A DNA stretch of 25,163 nucleotides. Origin: Campylobacterota bacterium (GTDB lineage Bacteria; Campylobacterota; Campylobacteria; Campylobacterales; Sulfurimonadaceae). The notes under the pieces were generated by a model. The model had not been told where the DNA came from. It worked only from the letters and a program-made list of their open reading frames with translations, and ran no database searches. Made by a program: the position numbers and the translations under genes. The DNA is taken from positions 1-25,163 of the forward strand of contig JAYEKO010000085.1 of the NCBI GenBank assembly GCA_034661055.1, in the 5' to 3' direction. Of the stretch, positions 8,558 through 17,626 are shown one piece after another (positions within the stretch are counted from its first letter, which is position 1; each line of letters opens with the position of its first letter).

Positions 8558-9865
8558 TTATGGTTTGTCTCTAGGCACAAACTCTAGTACTGTAGCGTTA
8601 ATGCAAAATCGTCTTGTGCCATCAGCTCTTGGAAATACATGTCCTAGGTGAATACCACTCTTTTTGGCAATGACTTCAATGCGCTGCATTCCAAAGCTAT
8701 TATCTTCTTTTTCAATGGTTGCATTATCTGCTGCCTTATAAAAGCTTAGCCATCCTGTCCCTGAGTTAAAACGCTCTCTAGTGTCAAAAAGGATGTCTCC
8801 AGAGAGTTTATCTACAAAGACACCATCAGGTGTATCTTTAAATATTTTGTACTGTTTGCAGAAACGACTGTCTGTGCTCTCATTAAAAGCGACTCTGTAG
8901 CTTTTAGAGTTTTTTCCAAGTTTAAAATCACCTAATGTCTTATAGAACTGTTTGGCATCCATAAAACCACGATGGGCAAATACCTCTTTAGTGTTGTCTA
9001 TAAAGAGTATAGTGGGTGTACCAGAGAGATCTGTTTTAATCTCAAACCCTTTTAGAGTATCTGCTGTGACTGTTCTAAGCGTAATGGAACCTCTGTATTG
9101 AGAACTTACCTCTTTTTCAAATTTTTCACAGTAAGGACAGTAGGATTTAGACTTTATAACAACTATCTCTTTGTTACCTAGAGGATGTATGAACTCTTTT
9201 TTTTCAGTATCTTTTTCAAACTGTACCCCTGTACTATGGTTAGGACAGTAGCCGTTAGGGTTATTTTTAAGATAGTCTTGATGGTACGCTTCTGCTGTAT
9301 AAAAGGTCTCTAGTTGTGCAATTTGCGTGACAATTTCTCCATAACCTTTCTCGCTGAGTAGCTCTTGGTAGCGCTTTTTTGTCTCATATGCGACTTCTTT
9401 TTGATTGACGGTGGTCCAAAAAATAGCACTTCTGTAGTTGTTCCCAATGTCATTACCTTGTCGATTGAGTTGTGTTGGATCATGAAGTTCCCAAAAAGAT
9501 TCTATGAGTTCTTTGGAGGATGCTTTTGTGTTATCAAAGGTGACTTTTACCGCTTCAGTATGGTTAATAATCTTAGAGTTTAACGGTAGTTTTCTATATT
9601 TTAAGACATCATCGTAGGTTGGATTATTGTAGTTTCCACCTACATACCCAGATGAGACGTCAGCAACACCATCTAAATGTTCAAAATGTTTTTCAACTCC
9701 CCAAAAACAACCTGCGGCAAAATAGATAGTCTCTATATTGCTTGAAACCACCTCTGTAGCGTTTGTATCGCCAACGGTGGTTGTTTCTATATTGTTTGCT
9801 GATGTACCCACGGTGTACCAAAAGTAGCCCATTAGTAGCACAAAAGTAGCCCATAACTTTTTCAA
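8558..9865 (-). CDS. msrAB: Exported peptide methionine sulfoxide reductase MsrA-thioredoxin-like-MsrB fusion
   Basis: N-terminal hydrophobic leader; MsrA GCFWGVE, HDPTQLNRQGND, AEAYHQDYL; central CPYC...GTPTILF; MsrB SGTGWLSF, HLGHVF, RFCIN. Confidence 0.9.
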   Translation of the reverse strand: MKKLWATFVLLMGYFWYTVGTSANNIETTTVGDTNATEVVSSNIETIYFAAGCFWGVEKHFEHLDGVADVSSGYVGGNYNNPTYDDVLKYRKLPLNSKIINHTEAVKVTFDNTKASSKELIESFWELHDPTQLNRQGNDIGNNYRSAIFWTTVNQKEVAYETKKRYQELLSEKGYGEIVTQIAQLETFYTAEAYHQDYLKNNPNGYCPNHSTGVQFEKDTEKKEFIHPLGNKEIVVIKSKSYCPYCEKFEKEVSSQYRGSITLRTVTADTLKGFEIKTDLSGTPTILFIDNTKEVFAHRGFMDAKQFYKTLGDFKLGKNSKSYRVAFNESTDSRFCKQYKIFKDTPDGVFVDKLSGDILFDTRERFNSGTGWLSFYKAADNATIEKEDNSFGMQRIEVIAKKSGIHLGHVFPRADGTRRFCINATVLEFVPRDKP

Positions 9866-10152
9866 TTTTATATTACCTTATTCTTTAATTTGCAATAGTA
9901 TATATTTACAATCTGAACAATTCATAAACATTTTTTATTTCTTCAATTGCCTTTATACTTTCATCTATCATCCTTTTTTAAAAATAATAGCTGATTATGA
10001 TTTTACAGAACTTTTATGACACTATCCAAGTACGAAGTCAAACATAGTTTGTCTATTAATGAAAACAAAGTAAAATGTAATTCATATTAGGGTTTTTAAA
10101 GTTGCCCATAAAGGTGTAATAGTCATAATGAAAAGCAAGATACTCCATAGAG

Positions 10153-11238
10153 ATGAGTAAGCTCTATATTGGTGTGATGTCTGGGACTAGTTTAGATGGT
10201 GTGGATGTGGTCTTATGTGAGATTGATGAATCTTCTTGTAGGCTGCTATTATCTTATGAGTACGGTTTTGATCAAGTGTTAAAAAAAGAGATTTTACATG
10301 TAATTTCACATGAGAGCTCTTTAGCACAAACAGGAAGGCTAAATCATCGCTTGGGTCTTCTCTTTGCTAATTCTGTGAACTCACTGCTAAAGCACCATAA
10401 TATTGACAGAAACAGTATTAGAGCAATAGGCTTGCATGGTCAGACACTTTGGCATGAATCCTCAGGGAATTACCCGTTCTCAATGCAGTTGGGTGATGCT
10501 AATGTAGTGAGCGTAGAGACGGGCATTGATGTGGTCTGTGATTTTCGTAGTAAAGATGTCGCTTTTGGTGGACAAGGGGCCCCTTTTGCTCCCGCCTTTC
10601 ATGAATTCTTATTTCAAGATTTAAAAAATACATGTATATTAAATATTGGTGGTATGGCTAACATTACAGTGTTGGGAGAAACACTTTTGGGGTATGACTC
10701 AGGTCCAGGAAATGTGCTTATGGATGCATGGATAGCAGAGCATAAAAATCTCCCTTATGATGCAGACGGAGCGTGGGCACAGAGTGGTGTATTTAATGTT
10801 GAATTATTAAAACAGTTTTTAGATGAGCCGTTTTTTATGCAGAGCGCTCCAAAAAGTACGGGACGTGAGATATTTAATCTTCAGTGGCTTCATAAGAGAC
10901 TTTATAGCAGCAATCTCAGCAGTAAAGATGTGCAGGCAACACTGCTTGAACTTACCGTTAGAACTATTGCAGATGAGGTAAAAAAGTTTGATGTTACGCA
11001 GCTTTTAGTGTGTGGTGGTGGTGTAAAGAACCACTTTTTAATGCAGCGATTAAATGAAGAGCTTTTAGATGTCAAAGTCACCTCGACAGACATTTACGGT
11101 GTCAGTAGTGAGTTTATGGAAGCCATGGCATTTGCTTGGTTAGCACATAAACGTCTAAATAGAGAGAGTGTGAATTTAAAAGAGGTGACAGGCGCATCTC
11201 AAAATGCTATTTTAGGAGGAGTTTATGCAGCTCATTAA
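10153..11238 (+). CDS. anmK: Anhydro-N-acetylmuramic acid kinase
   Basis: GVMSGTSLDGVD, HGQTLWH, DFRSKDVAFGGQGAP, LNIGGMANIT, DSGPGN, PKSTGRE, EAMAFAWLA. Confidence 0.95.
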   Translation: MSKLYIGVMSGTSLDGVDVVLCEIDESSCRLLLSYEYGFDQVLKKEILHVISHESSLAQTGRLNHRLGLLFANSVNSLLKHHNIDRNSIRAIGLHGQTLWHESSGNYPFSMQLGDANVVSVETGIDVVCDFRSKDVAFGGQGAPFAPAFHEFLFQDLKNTCILNIGGMANITVLGETLLGYDSGPGNVLMDAWIAEHKNLPYDADGAWAQSGVFNVELLKQFLDEPFFMQSAPKSTGREIFNLQWLHKRLYSSNLSSKDVQATLLELTVRTIADEVKKFDVTQLLVCGGGVKNHFLMQRLNEELLDVKVTSTDIYGVSSEFMEAMAFAWLAHKRLNRESVNLKEVTGASQNAILGGVYAAH

Positions 11239-12175
11239 TTATTATGTTGCTCGAACTAAATGGAAGGACTGGACCCTTGAACTAGCTTCTGCAGATGCTA
11301 GCTTTAGGCGTTATTTCCGGATTTATAAGGGAGATGAGAGTGTTATTTTAATGGACTCTTCCCTTGAAAAGGAGTCTTTAAAACCTTTTATTGATGTTAC
11401 TAATAGACTACTACATGTAAATGTAAAAGCGCCTCAAATCTTAGATATAAATATAGAAGATGGTTTTTTGATTATCGAAGACTTTGGAAATGCTCACTAT
11501 CTCAATGTTTTAGATGATACGAATTATGAAAAACTCTATTCGCAGGCAATGGCAGAAATTGTTACAATGCAGGATGCTAGTGCAGAGAATCTACCCTTAT
11601 ATGATAGAGATTTTTTACGTTTTGAGATGGATTTAATGCCACAGTGGTACTTAAAAGAGTATTTACATGTAAATTTGAGTGCTGCTCAAGAAGAGATGAT
11701 TAACACAAGCCTAGATGAGATCATAACGGAAGTGGAATTACAACCCCAGGGGTTATTTGTCCACCGTGATTATCATTCACGAAATATTATGATTCCTAGA
11801 GAGGGAGAGGTTGGGGTTATTGATTATCAGGATGCTATGAGTGGTGCGGTTACGTATGACTTGGTATCACTGTTAAAAGACTGTTATGTTGAGTATGATG
11901 CTCAAGAGGTAGAGCGTTTAGCTCTAAAGTTTCGAGATATGAAAAATTTACATGTAGATGATGCAACGTTCATTAGGTGGTTCGATTTTATGGGGTTGCA
12001 GCGACACATTAAAGTACTTGGTATTTTCTGTCGGCTCTACCTGCGTGATGGAAAAGATGGGTACTTAAATGATCTGCCGTTAACGCTCAAATATGTCATA
12101 CAGACTGCCAATAAATATGAGAAGACACGAAATTTGGCTAAACTTCTTAGTAGTATTAAACTGCCTAAGACATAA
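11225..12175 (+). CDS. amgK: Anomeric MurNAc/GlcNAc kinase (APH fold)
   Basis: ADASFRRYFR, HRDYHSRNIM, IDYQDA, YDLVSLLKDCY, GLQRHIKVLGIFCRL..RDGK; AGGAGG RBS; context with anmK and murU. Confidence 0.88.
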   Translation: MQLINYYVARTKWKDWTLELASADASFRRYFRIYKGDESVILMDSSLEKESLKPFIDVTNRLLHVNVKAPQILDINIEDGFLIIEDFGNAHYLNVLDDTNYEKLYSQAMAEIVTMQDASAENLPLYDRDFLRFEMDLMPQWYLKEYLHVNLSAAQEEMINTSLDEIITEVELQPQGLFVHRDYHSRNIMIPREGEVGVIDYQDAMSGAVTYDLVSLLKDCYVEYDAQEVERLALKFRDMKNLHVDDATFIRWFDFMGLQRHIKVLGIFCRLYLRDGKDGYLNDLPLTLKYVIQTANKYEKTRNLAKLLSSIKLPKT

Positions 12176-12184
12176 GGGGAATGT

Positions 12185-13075
12185 ATGAAATGGGATGACT
12201 TACGACGAAGTAGCAATATTGAAGATATACGTTTTAAAGGGGGTGCGAGTAGAGGTGCAGGACGTGGAAGTCTGCGCCTTTTATTGCCAATTGCACAGAT
12301 GCTTATTGGAACTAAGGTTGGACGCATTGTTTTAGTGGTAGGTGTCGTGGCATACTTTTTGGGATTTAATCCTTTAGCACTGCTAGACTCATCTTCCTCG
12401 TCATCACCAAGTGCCAAAGTCCAATCTTCTGTTGCAGATGATAGAAGTGCTGAGTTTATCTCAGCAGTATTGGCACAAACTGAAGATATTTGGGGACAAC
12501 AATTTGCCCAGTTGGGTGGAACCTACAAGGAGCCAAAGTTAGTATTGTTTCGTCAAAGTGTTCAGAGCGCTTGTGGTTATGCCAGTGCTCAGGTAGGACC
12601 GTTTTACTGCCCAGCTGATCAAAAAGTCTATTTGGACCTCGGTTTTTTTGATGAGTTAAGTCAGCGTCATGATGCTCCTGGTGATTTTGCACAGGCATAT
12701 GTTGTTGCTCATGAGATTGGGCATCATGTACAAAACTTAGTAGGTACATTAAATAAGTCACATAAAGCTAAACAGTTGGCTCAAGGAGATGAGAAAAAGG
12801 CTAACGCTATTCAAGTGAAAGTAGAGCTTCAAGCAGACTGCTATGCAGGTGTATGGGCCCATCATATTAATGCAAAAGGCAATATTATTGAGCAGGGTGA
12901 TATTGAAGAAGCTCTTAATGCTGCTAGTGCCATAGGTGATGATACACTACAGAAAAAAGCTCATGGTCATGTTGTTCCTGATAGTTTTACACATGGAAGT
13001 TCTGCGCAGCGAATGCAGTGGTTTGACAGAGGTTTTAAAAATGGCAATATGAGAGCGTGTAATACAGGAGCTTAA
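12185..13075 (+). CDS. YpfJ-like neutral zinc metallopeptidase with one N-terminal TM segment
   Basis: RRSSNIEDIR, SACG, GPFYCPAD, GDFAQAYVVAHEIGHHVQ (HExxH), ELQADCYAG, FTHGSSAQR. Confidence 0.9.
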   Translation: MKWDDLRRSSNIEDIRFKGGASRGAGRGSLRLLLPIAQMLIGTKVGRIVLVVGVVAYFLGFNPLALLDSSSSSSPSAKVQSSVADDRSAEFISAVLAQTEDIWGQQFAQLGGTYKEPKLVLFRQSVQSACGYASAQVGPFYCPADQKVYLDLGFFDELSQRHDAPGDFAQAYVVAHEIGHHVQNLVGTLNKSHKAKQLAQGDEKKANAIQVKVELQADCYAGVWAHHINAKGNIIEQGDIEEALNAASAIGDDTLQKKAHGHVVPDSFTHGSSAQRMQWFDRGFKNGNMRACNTGA

Positions 13076-13734
13076 TGATGAAAGCGATGATATTAGCAGC
13101 AGGTAGAGGTGAGCGAATGCGACCACTAACCGATGCGCTTCCTAAACCACTATTAGAAGTCCAAGGTAAACCGCTTATTGTATATCATATTGAAAAGCTT
13201 GCTAAAAATGGTTTTAAAGAGATTGTCATTAATCTTGCTCATTTAGGTTACAAAATTCCTGACGTTTTAGGCAATGGTTCTAAATGGAATGTAGAAATTA
13301 CTTACTCAGATGAACAAGATGAGGGAGCACTAGAGAGTGCCGGTGGCATCATTAAAGCTCTGCCTCTTTTAGGTAAAGAGTTTTTAGTAGTAAATGGCGA
13401 TGTCTGGTGTGATTATGAGTTTGATGCAGGTTTTAAATTAAAACAGCGATTAGCACACCTTATTTTAGTTTCTAACCCAGAGCATAATACCAAAGGAGAC
13501 TTTACCCTTAATGATGGTGTAGTGGCTAATGAGGGTGACAATAAGGTAACGTTTAGCGGTATTGGTTACTACCGTGCAGAATTTTTCAAACACTGCTCTT
13601 ACGGCAAAGCAGCATTAGCTCCGCTACTTAGAGAAGCGATGACTAACAGACGTGTTAGTGGTGAGTTATATGCTGGAACATGGCGTGATATTGGAACTCC
13701 TGAGCGTTTAAGGGAAGCTAATCAATCTTTGTAG
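13075..13734 (+). CDS. murU: N-acetylmuramate alpha-1-phosphate uridylyltransferase
   Basis: KAMILAAGRGERMRPLT..PKPLL, LESAGGI, VVNGDVW, NPEHN..GDF, TFSGIG, WRDIGTPERL; TAATG overlap with the upstream gene. Confidence 0.88.
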   Translation: MMKAMILAAGRGERMRPLTDALPKPLLEVQGKPLIVYHIEKLAKNGFKEIVINLAHLGYKIPDVLGNGSKWNVEITYSDEQDEGALESAGGIIKALPLLGKEFLVVNGDVWCDYEFDAGFKLKQRLAHLILVSNPEHNTKGDFTLNDGVVANEGDNKVTFSGIGYYRAEFFKHCSYGKAALAPLLREAMTNRRVSGELYAGTWRDIGTPERLREANQSL

Positions 13735-13754
13735 CAGTCTCTTTTTTTATAAGT

Positions 13755-14624
13755 TTAGGTGCGTACAATAGATGCTTTTAGTGTGTGGGTATCACCTGGT
13801 TCAATAGTGCGTGCATCATCAAAGGCGTTAGCACTCTCAATGCAGACCATAGTCTTATAGCTGTCATTTTCCATGGCACTCATACGAGCACATTTTTCTA
13901 TCCATGGGTTCCAGACTACAGCAGAATTAGAGCCATTAGTGCTAATAGTGATTTTTTTACGTTTGTCCATAAGATTAATAGGCTTATTGACGTTTTGATA
14001 GACACGATCTATCTCGCTATTGAAGGTAACAGCTCCCTTTTGAATTATATTCTCTCCTGTAAGCGCATCAAAATAGGGTTTGTTTTGAAGACCATTTACA
14101 TGTATATTTGAAATATGAGAAATATTAAAGTATGTGTGTAAGGCTTGAGTAATACTAAAGGCTTCTGTGTCAAGGTTTTTAGTGGTGAGTTCAAGTGAGA
14201 GTTCTCTACCAATAGTAAGGGTGTAGGTTAATTCAAATTGGTAGGGCCATAAGGTTAAAGACTCTTCAGAACTAACAAGAAGGAGAGTTAATTTGGAGGT
14301 GTTCTGAAGGTCTTTAGAGTCTATAAGTTTCCACATAAAGGTTCTTGCAAAACCGTGCTGGGGCATATCAGCATCGGTTTTGTGCATTCCAAACCATGGC
14401 CAGCATAGGGGAATGCCACCACGAATTGATTCACCTAAAGTGAAATTTGAAGCCTTGCTTACCCACAATAAGGGTGTTTCACCATGACGTTCATAGTGAA
14501 AGAGATGTGCACCTTGAAGTGCAATCTTAGCTTTGGCTATACTGTTGACAACTTCTATGTACTCAAAACCGTCGGGGAACGTTTTAAAAGAAATCAAACC
14601 TTTTCCTTTAATTTTTGAGTGCAA
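13755..14624 (-). CDS. D-hexose-6-phosphate mutarotase / aldose 1-epimerase family (YeaD-like)
   Basis: IALQGAHL, IRGGIPLCWPWFG, QHGFAR, ALHTYF, IDRVY, VVWNPW, MVCIES; TTG start uncertain. Confidence 0.88.
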   Translation of the reverse strand: MHSKIKGKGLISFKTFPDGFEYIEVVNSIAKAKIALQGAHLFHYERHGETPLLWVSKASNFTLGESIRGGIPLCWPWFGMHKTDADMPQHGFARTFMWKLIDSKDLQNTSKLTLLLVSSEESLTLWPYQFELTYTLTIGRELSLELTTKNLDTEAFSITQALHTYFNISHISNIHVNGLQNKPYFDALTGENIIQKGAVTFNSEIDRVYQNVNKPINLMDKRKKITISTNGSNSAVVWNPWIEKCARMSAMENDSYKTMVCIESANAFDDARTIEPGDTHTLKASIVRT

Positions 14625-14743
14625 AGAAATCTTCTTAATAATTTATTGATTAGTAATAATTATTAGATGTAGAAGTATAACTTATGAAAGCTGACGTTTA
14701 AATTAAAAAAATAATTAAATAAAAACGTCAAAGAAAGCATGGC

Positions 14744-16009
14744 TTACCAAGACTCTTTTTTATGTCCTTTTAGGGCATAGTATAAAATAAAGCCGTAGCA
14801 TGCAACTCCAACCATATAGGCGTTTTGCATACTGCTAAGCTCAGCCATTTTCCCAAAAAGCAGAGGTAAAAAGGCCCCTCCAGCAATTCCCATAATGAGC
14901 AGTGCGCTTCCTTGTGCTGTGTGTCTTCCTAGCCCTTGAAGTGCCAATGGCCAAATAGTTGGCCAAATAAGTGCATTACTAAGACCTAAGAGAGCTACAA
15001 AAGTAATGGGGTCAGGCAAGGTAGCAATACCACTCCATCCCCAAAGAGCAGAAGAGATGGTCGTGCTGTCACTTGAACTACTTAGGACTCCTATTAAAAA
15101 AACAACGCCTAAAGCGGCAGAGAGTATAAGTGCTTTCTCTTGAGAGATAAGCTTGGGAATCATGGTTACTCCAAAAGTGTAACCAATAACCATAAAAAAC
15201 ATTGTATAGGAGGTTAGGGCAGTAAAATTTTCAACTTGAAGTTGTGAGCCAAAGAGCCCAATAGTGTCACCAGCGATGACCTCAATGCCAACATAAAAAA
15301 ATAGTGCAATAGCACCAAGGATAACACGAGGGAACTGCATAATACTTGTTTTAGTAGTATTACTATTATTATTTTCTAGATCAAGATCAGGAAGGTTTGA
15401 GAATTTAACCAAAGCAATAAGCCCTGTTAGTGTAATGGCCATAATAATATAGGGGGTGATGAGTCGAGAGGCTAAGTTCTCTCTGTCAAGTTCACTAAGA
15501 GTTTCATGACTAAAGCTGTTAATATCAGAAAAAATAAGTGCAGTAAAAAAAAGAGGCACCAATACTCCAGCTGTTTTATTGATAATTCCCATAATACTAA
15601 TTCGCATTGCTGCGCTCTCTTGAGGTCCCATATGCACCACATACGGATTAGATGCTGTCTGTAAAATTGTTAGCCCGGTACCAAGAGTAAAGAGTGCGAT
15701 TAGAAAGAGGGTAAAACTTGCAGTAGTTGCAGCGGGAATAAAAAGTAAAGCGCCAATAACCATAATGCCAAGACCAATTGCCATGCCATTTTTATAGCCG
15801 GTTTTATTTAGTACATAAGACATTGGCAGAGCCATAATGGTGTAGGCGATGTAAAAAGCAAAGGTGACAAAGAGCGCTTCAAATTCACTGAGTTGGCAGA
15901 TTATTTTTAAAAAAGGGATGAGTGAACCATTGAGCCATGTCACAAAACCAAAGACAAAAAAGAGTGTTCCAATAATTAACATTGGTACTGTAGAAGACTT
16001 TGTACTCAT
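14744..16009 (-). CDS. FucP/GluP-family sugar MFS transporter, NagP (GlcNAc permease)-like
   Basis: FFVFGFVTWLNGSLIPFLK, GYKNGMAIGL, LQTASNPY, FFYVGIEVIAGDTI, LSNALIWPTIWPLAL; substrate inferred. Confidence 0.85.
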   Translation of the reverse strand: MSTKSSTVPMLIIGTLFFVFGFVTWLNGSLIPFLKIICQLSEFEALFVTFAFYIAYTIMALPMSYVLNKTGYKNGMAIGLGIMVIGALLFIPAATTASFTLFLIALFTLGTGLTILQTASNPYVVHMGPQESAAMRISIMGIINKTAGVLVPLFFTALIFSDINSFSHETLSELDRENLASRLITPYIIMAITLTGLIALVKFSNLPDLDLENNNSNTTKTSIMQFPRVILGAIALFFYVGIEVIAGDTIGLFGSQLQVENFTALTSYTMFFMVIGYTFGVTMIPKLISQEKALILSAALGVVFLIGVLSSSSDSTTISSALWGWSGIATLPDPITFVALLGLSNALIWPTIWPLALQGLGRHTAQGSALLIMGIAGGAFLPLLFGKMAELSSMQNAYMVGVACYGFILYYALKGHKKESW

Positions 16010-16010
16010 G

Positions 16011-16835
16011 TTAAACTCCTACGCTTTGAAGGTACTTTGCTACACCATCTTCATCATTAGTATGTGGCAGTACAATGTCGGCATATTTTTTTAGTTTATC
16101 GTGAGCATTGCTAACAGCAACAGAAGTTCCACTAAGTTGAAACATGCCAAGGTCGTTAAGGTTGTCACCAAAGACAGTAAAGTCTGTAAGATTACGACCA
16201 AGATAGTCACTGACAATGTTTAGACCGTGTGCTTTGTCTGCGTCAGCATGAAGAAGGGTTAAAAAATAGCATCCCATATACGCTTCTGGTGCTAAAATAT
16301 ATTTTAGGTTATTCTTAAAAATTGAGTGCAACTTATCTCTTAGATGCTTAAGGATTGACTCATCCCCCATATAGACCAGTTTGAAGTTATCACTCATGGT
16401 TCTAATCTCTTTTCTCTCTTGTAGATTGTCATCTTTAGTGTAACGTTTTAAGAGATTGTGTTGATACTCATTGCGCTGTGCAGGGTAGAGAAATGCTTCA
16501 TTAAGGTTTTGATCTTCTAATGCAAGAACAAAAGGATAAATGTTTAATTTTGCCCCTTCATCAATAATGGCATCGCCAAGGTCTTGAGTAATGAATTTTG
16601 TATCAATAATTTTTTTATCTTCAGAAACGATGAGAGATCCATCGAGTAGTATCATAGGTGCATTTACATGTAAATTCTTTAAAAACTGTTCGGTCTTTTT
16701 AAAGCTTCGTGCTGTGGCAACAGAGAGAATATGATTGTCTGTCTTAACGTTCCAAATTTTTTGTGTAAAAGGGCTAATACTTAGGTCTGTTCTTAAAAAT
16801 GTGTGGTCAAGGTCGGTAATATAAATGTTATTCAT
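16011..16835 (-). CDS. Cof-type HAD-IIB hydrolase (sugar-phosphate phosphatase family)
   Basis: Motif I DLDHT, motif II ATARS, conserved K (ADKAHG), motif IV GDNLND, NAH, NDEDGVA. Confidence 0.9.
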   Translation of the reverse strand: MNNIYITDLDHTFLRTDLSISPFTQKIWNVKTDNHILSVATARSFKKTEQFLKNLHVNAPMILLDGSLIVSEDKKIIDTKFITQDLGDAIIDEGAKLNIYPFVLALEDQNLNEAFLYPAQRNEYQHNLLKRYTKDDNLQERKEIRTMSDNFKLVYMGDESILKHLRDKLHSIFKNNLKYILAPEAYMGCYFLTLLHADADKAHGLNIVSDYLGRNLTDFTVFGDNLNDLGMFQLSGTSVAVSNAHDKLKKYADIVLPHTNDEDGVAKYLQSVGV

Positions 16836-16887
16836 AACTAGAAGTGTATCAAAAAGTTGCTATACTACTTAGATAATGGAGTAGAAA

Positions 16888-17625
16888 ATGATTAAATATT
16901 ATTTTACATGTATTTTATTGGTAACTTCTTTGATGGCTGAAGTGCAGACATCATACTATAAAAGCGGTGGTGTAAGATTGCAGCAAGAGCTTGAAAATGG
17001 AAAAGCAGAAGGCTTGACACGTGGATTTTATGAGGATGGAACACTTTTTTTTGAGACAGAATATGTAAACGGTATGGCATCAGGAATTAGTAGAGAATAC
17101 AATAAAAATGGTGAACTTGCTACGGTTAAAGAGTATCTCTCTGGTAAAAAAACTGCTGAGGTCTCTTTTAAAAATGGTAAAAAAAATGGTTGGTTTAGGC
17201 AATACAATTTAAATGGCACTGTTAAGCTTGAAAAAGAGTACAGAAATAATCTTTTAAACGGAATAACTCAGAGCTACTACGAAAATGGAAATTTACATGT
17301 AAAAATGAATATGAAGTCTGGAGTTTTACATGGAATCAGTGAGGAGTATTTTGACAATAAGGTTTTAAAAACTGAGACATCATATAAAAATGGCTTAGTT
17401 GATGGTATTGTAAAACACTTCTCAGAAGATGGAAAATTAGAGGCACAGCTTTTTTATGTAAAAGATAAAAAAAATGGCACCGCACTTTTTTATGATAAGA
17501 GTGATAAGATTCAACATGAAATTATCTTTAGTGATGATATGGTGGTAAAAGGCTATGCATATGGTAAAACAGGCGAGAAAAAGATTATGACCTACAAAGA
17601 GGTAAAACAGATAGGTTTTAAGTAG
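16888..17625 (+). CDS. Exported MORN-variant repeat protein (YwqK-like repeats)
   Basis: Signal peptide; repeated YY.NG.L..E..YKNG..G units; GGAG RBS and TGCTATACT extended -10 at 16858-16866. Confidence 0.8.
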   Translation: MIKYYFTCILLVTSLMAEVQTSYYKSGGVRLQQELENGKAEGLTRGFYEDGTLFFETEYVNGMASGISREYNKNGELATVKEYLSGKKTAEVSFKNGKKNGWFRQYNLNGTVKLEKEYRNNLLNGITQSYYENGNLHVKMNMKSGVLHGISEEYFDNKVLKTETSYKNGLVDGIVKHFSEDGKLEAQLFYVKDKKNGTALFYDKSDKIQHEIIFSDDMVVKGYAYGKTGEKKIMTYKEVKQIGFK

Positions 17626-17626
17626 T

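Noticed and set aside
9905..9937. Loose ACAAT/ACATT direct repeats upstream of msrAB as a response-regulator box
   Set aside because: Too degenerate in AT-rich DNA to support
14692..14730. TGACGTTT...AAACGTCA inverted repeat, and similar weak hairpins near 4444-4470 and 20198-20222, as terminators
   Set aside because: Stems are imperfect and lack clear U-tracts, so function cannot be assigned
16888..17625. YwqK-like protein as a real toxin-antitoxin antitoxin
   Set aside because: The MORN-variant repeat is generic, the protein has a signal peptide, and no cognate toxin is evident
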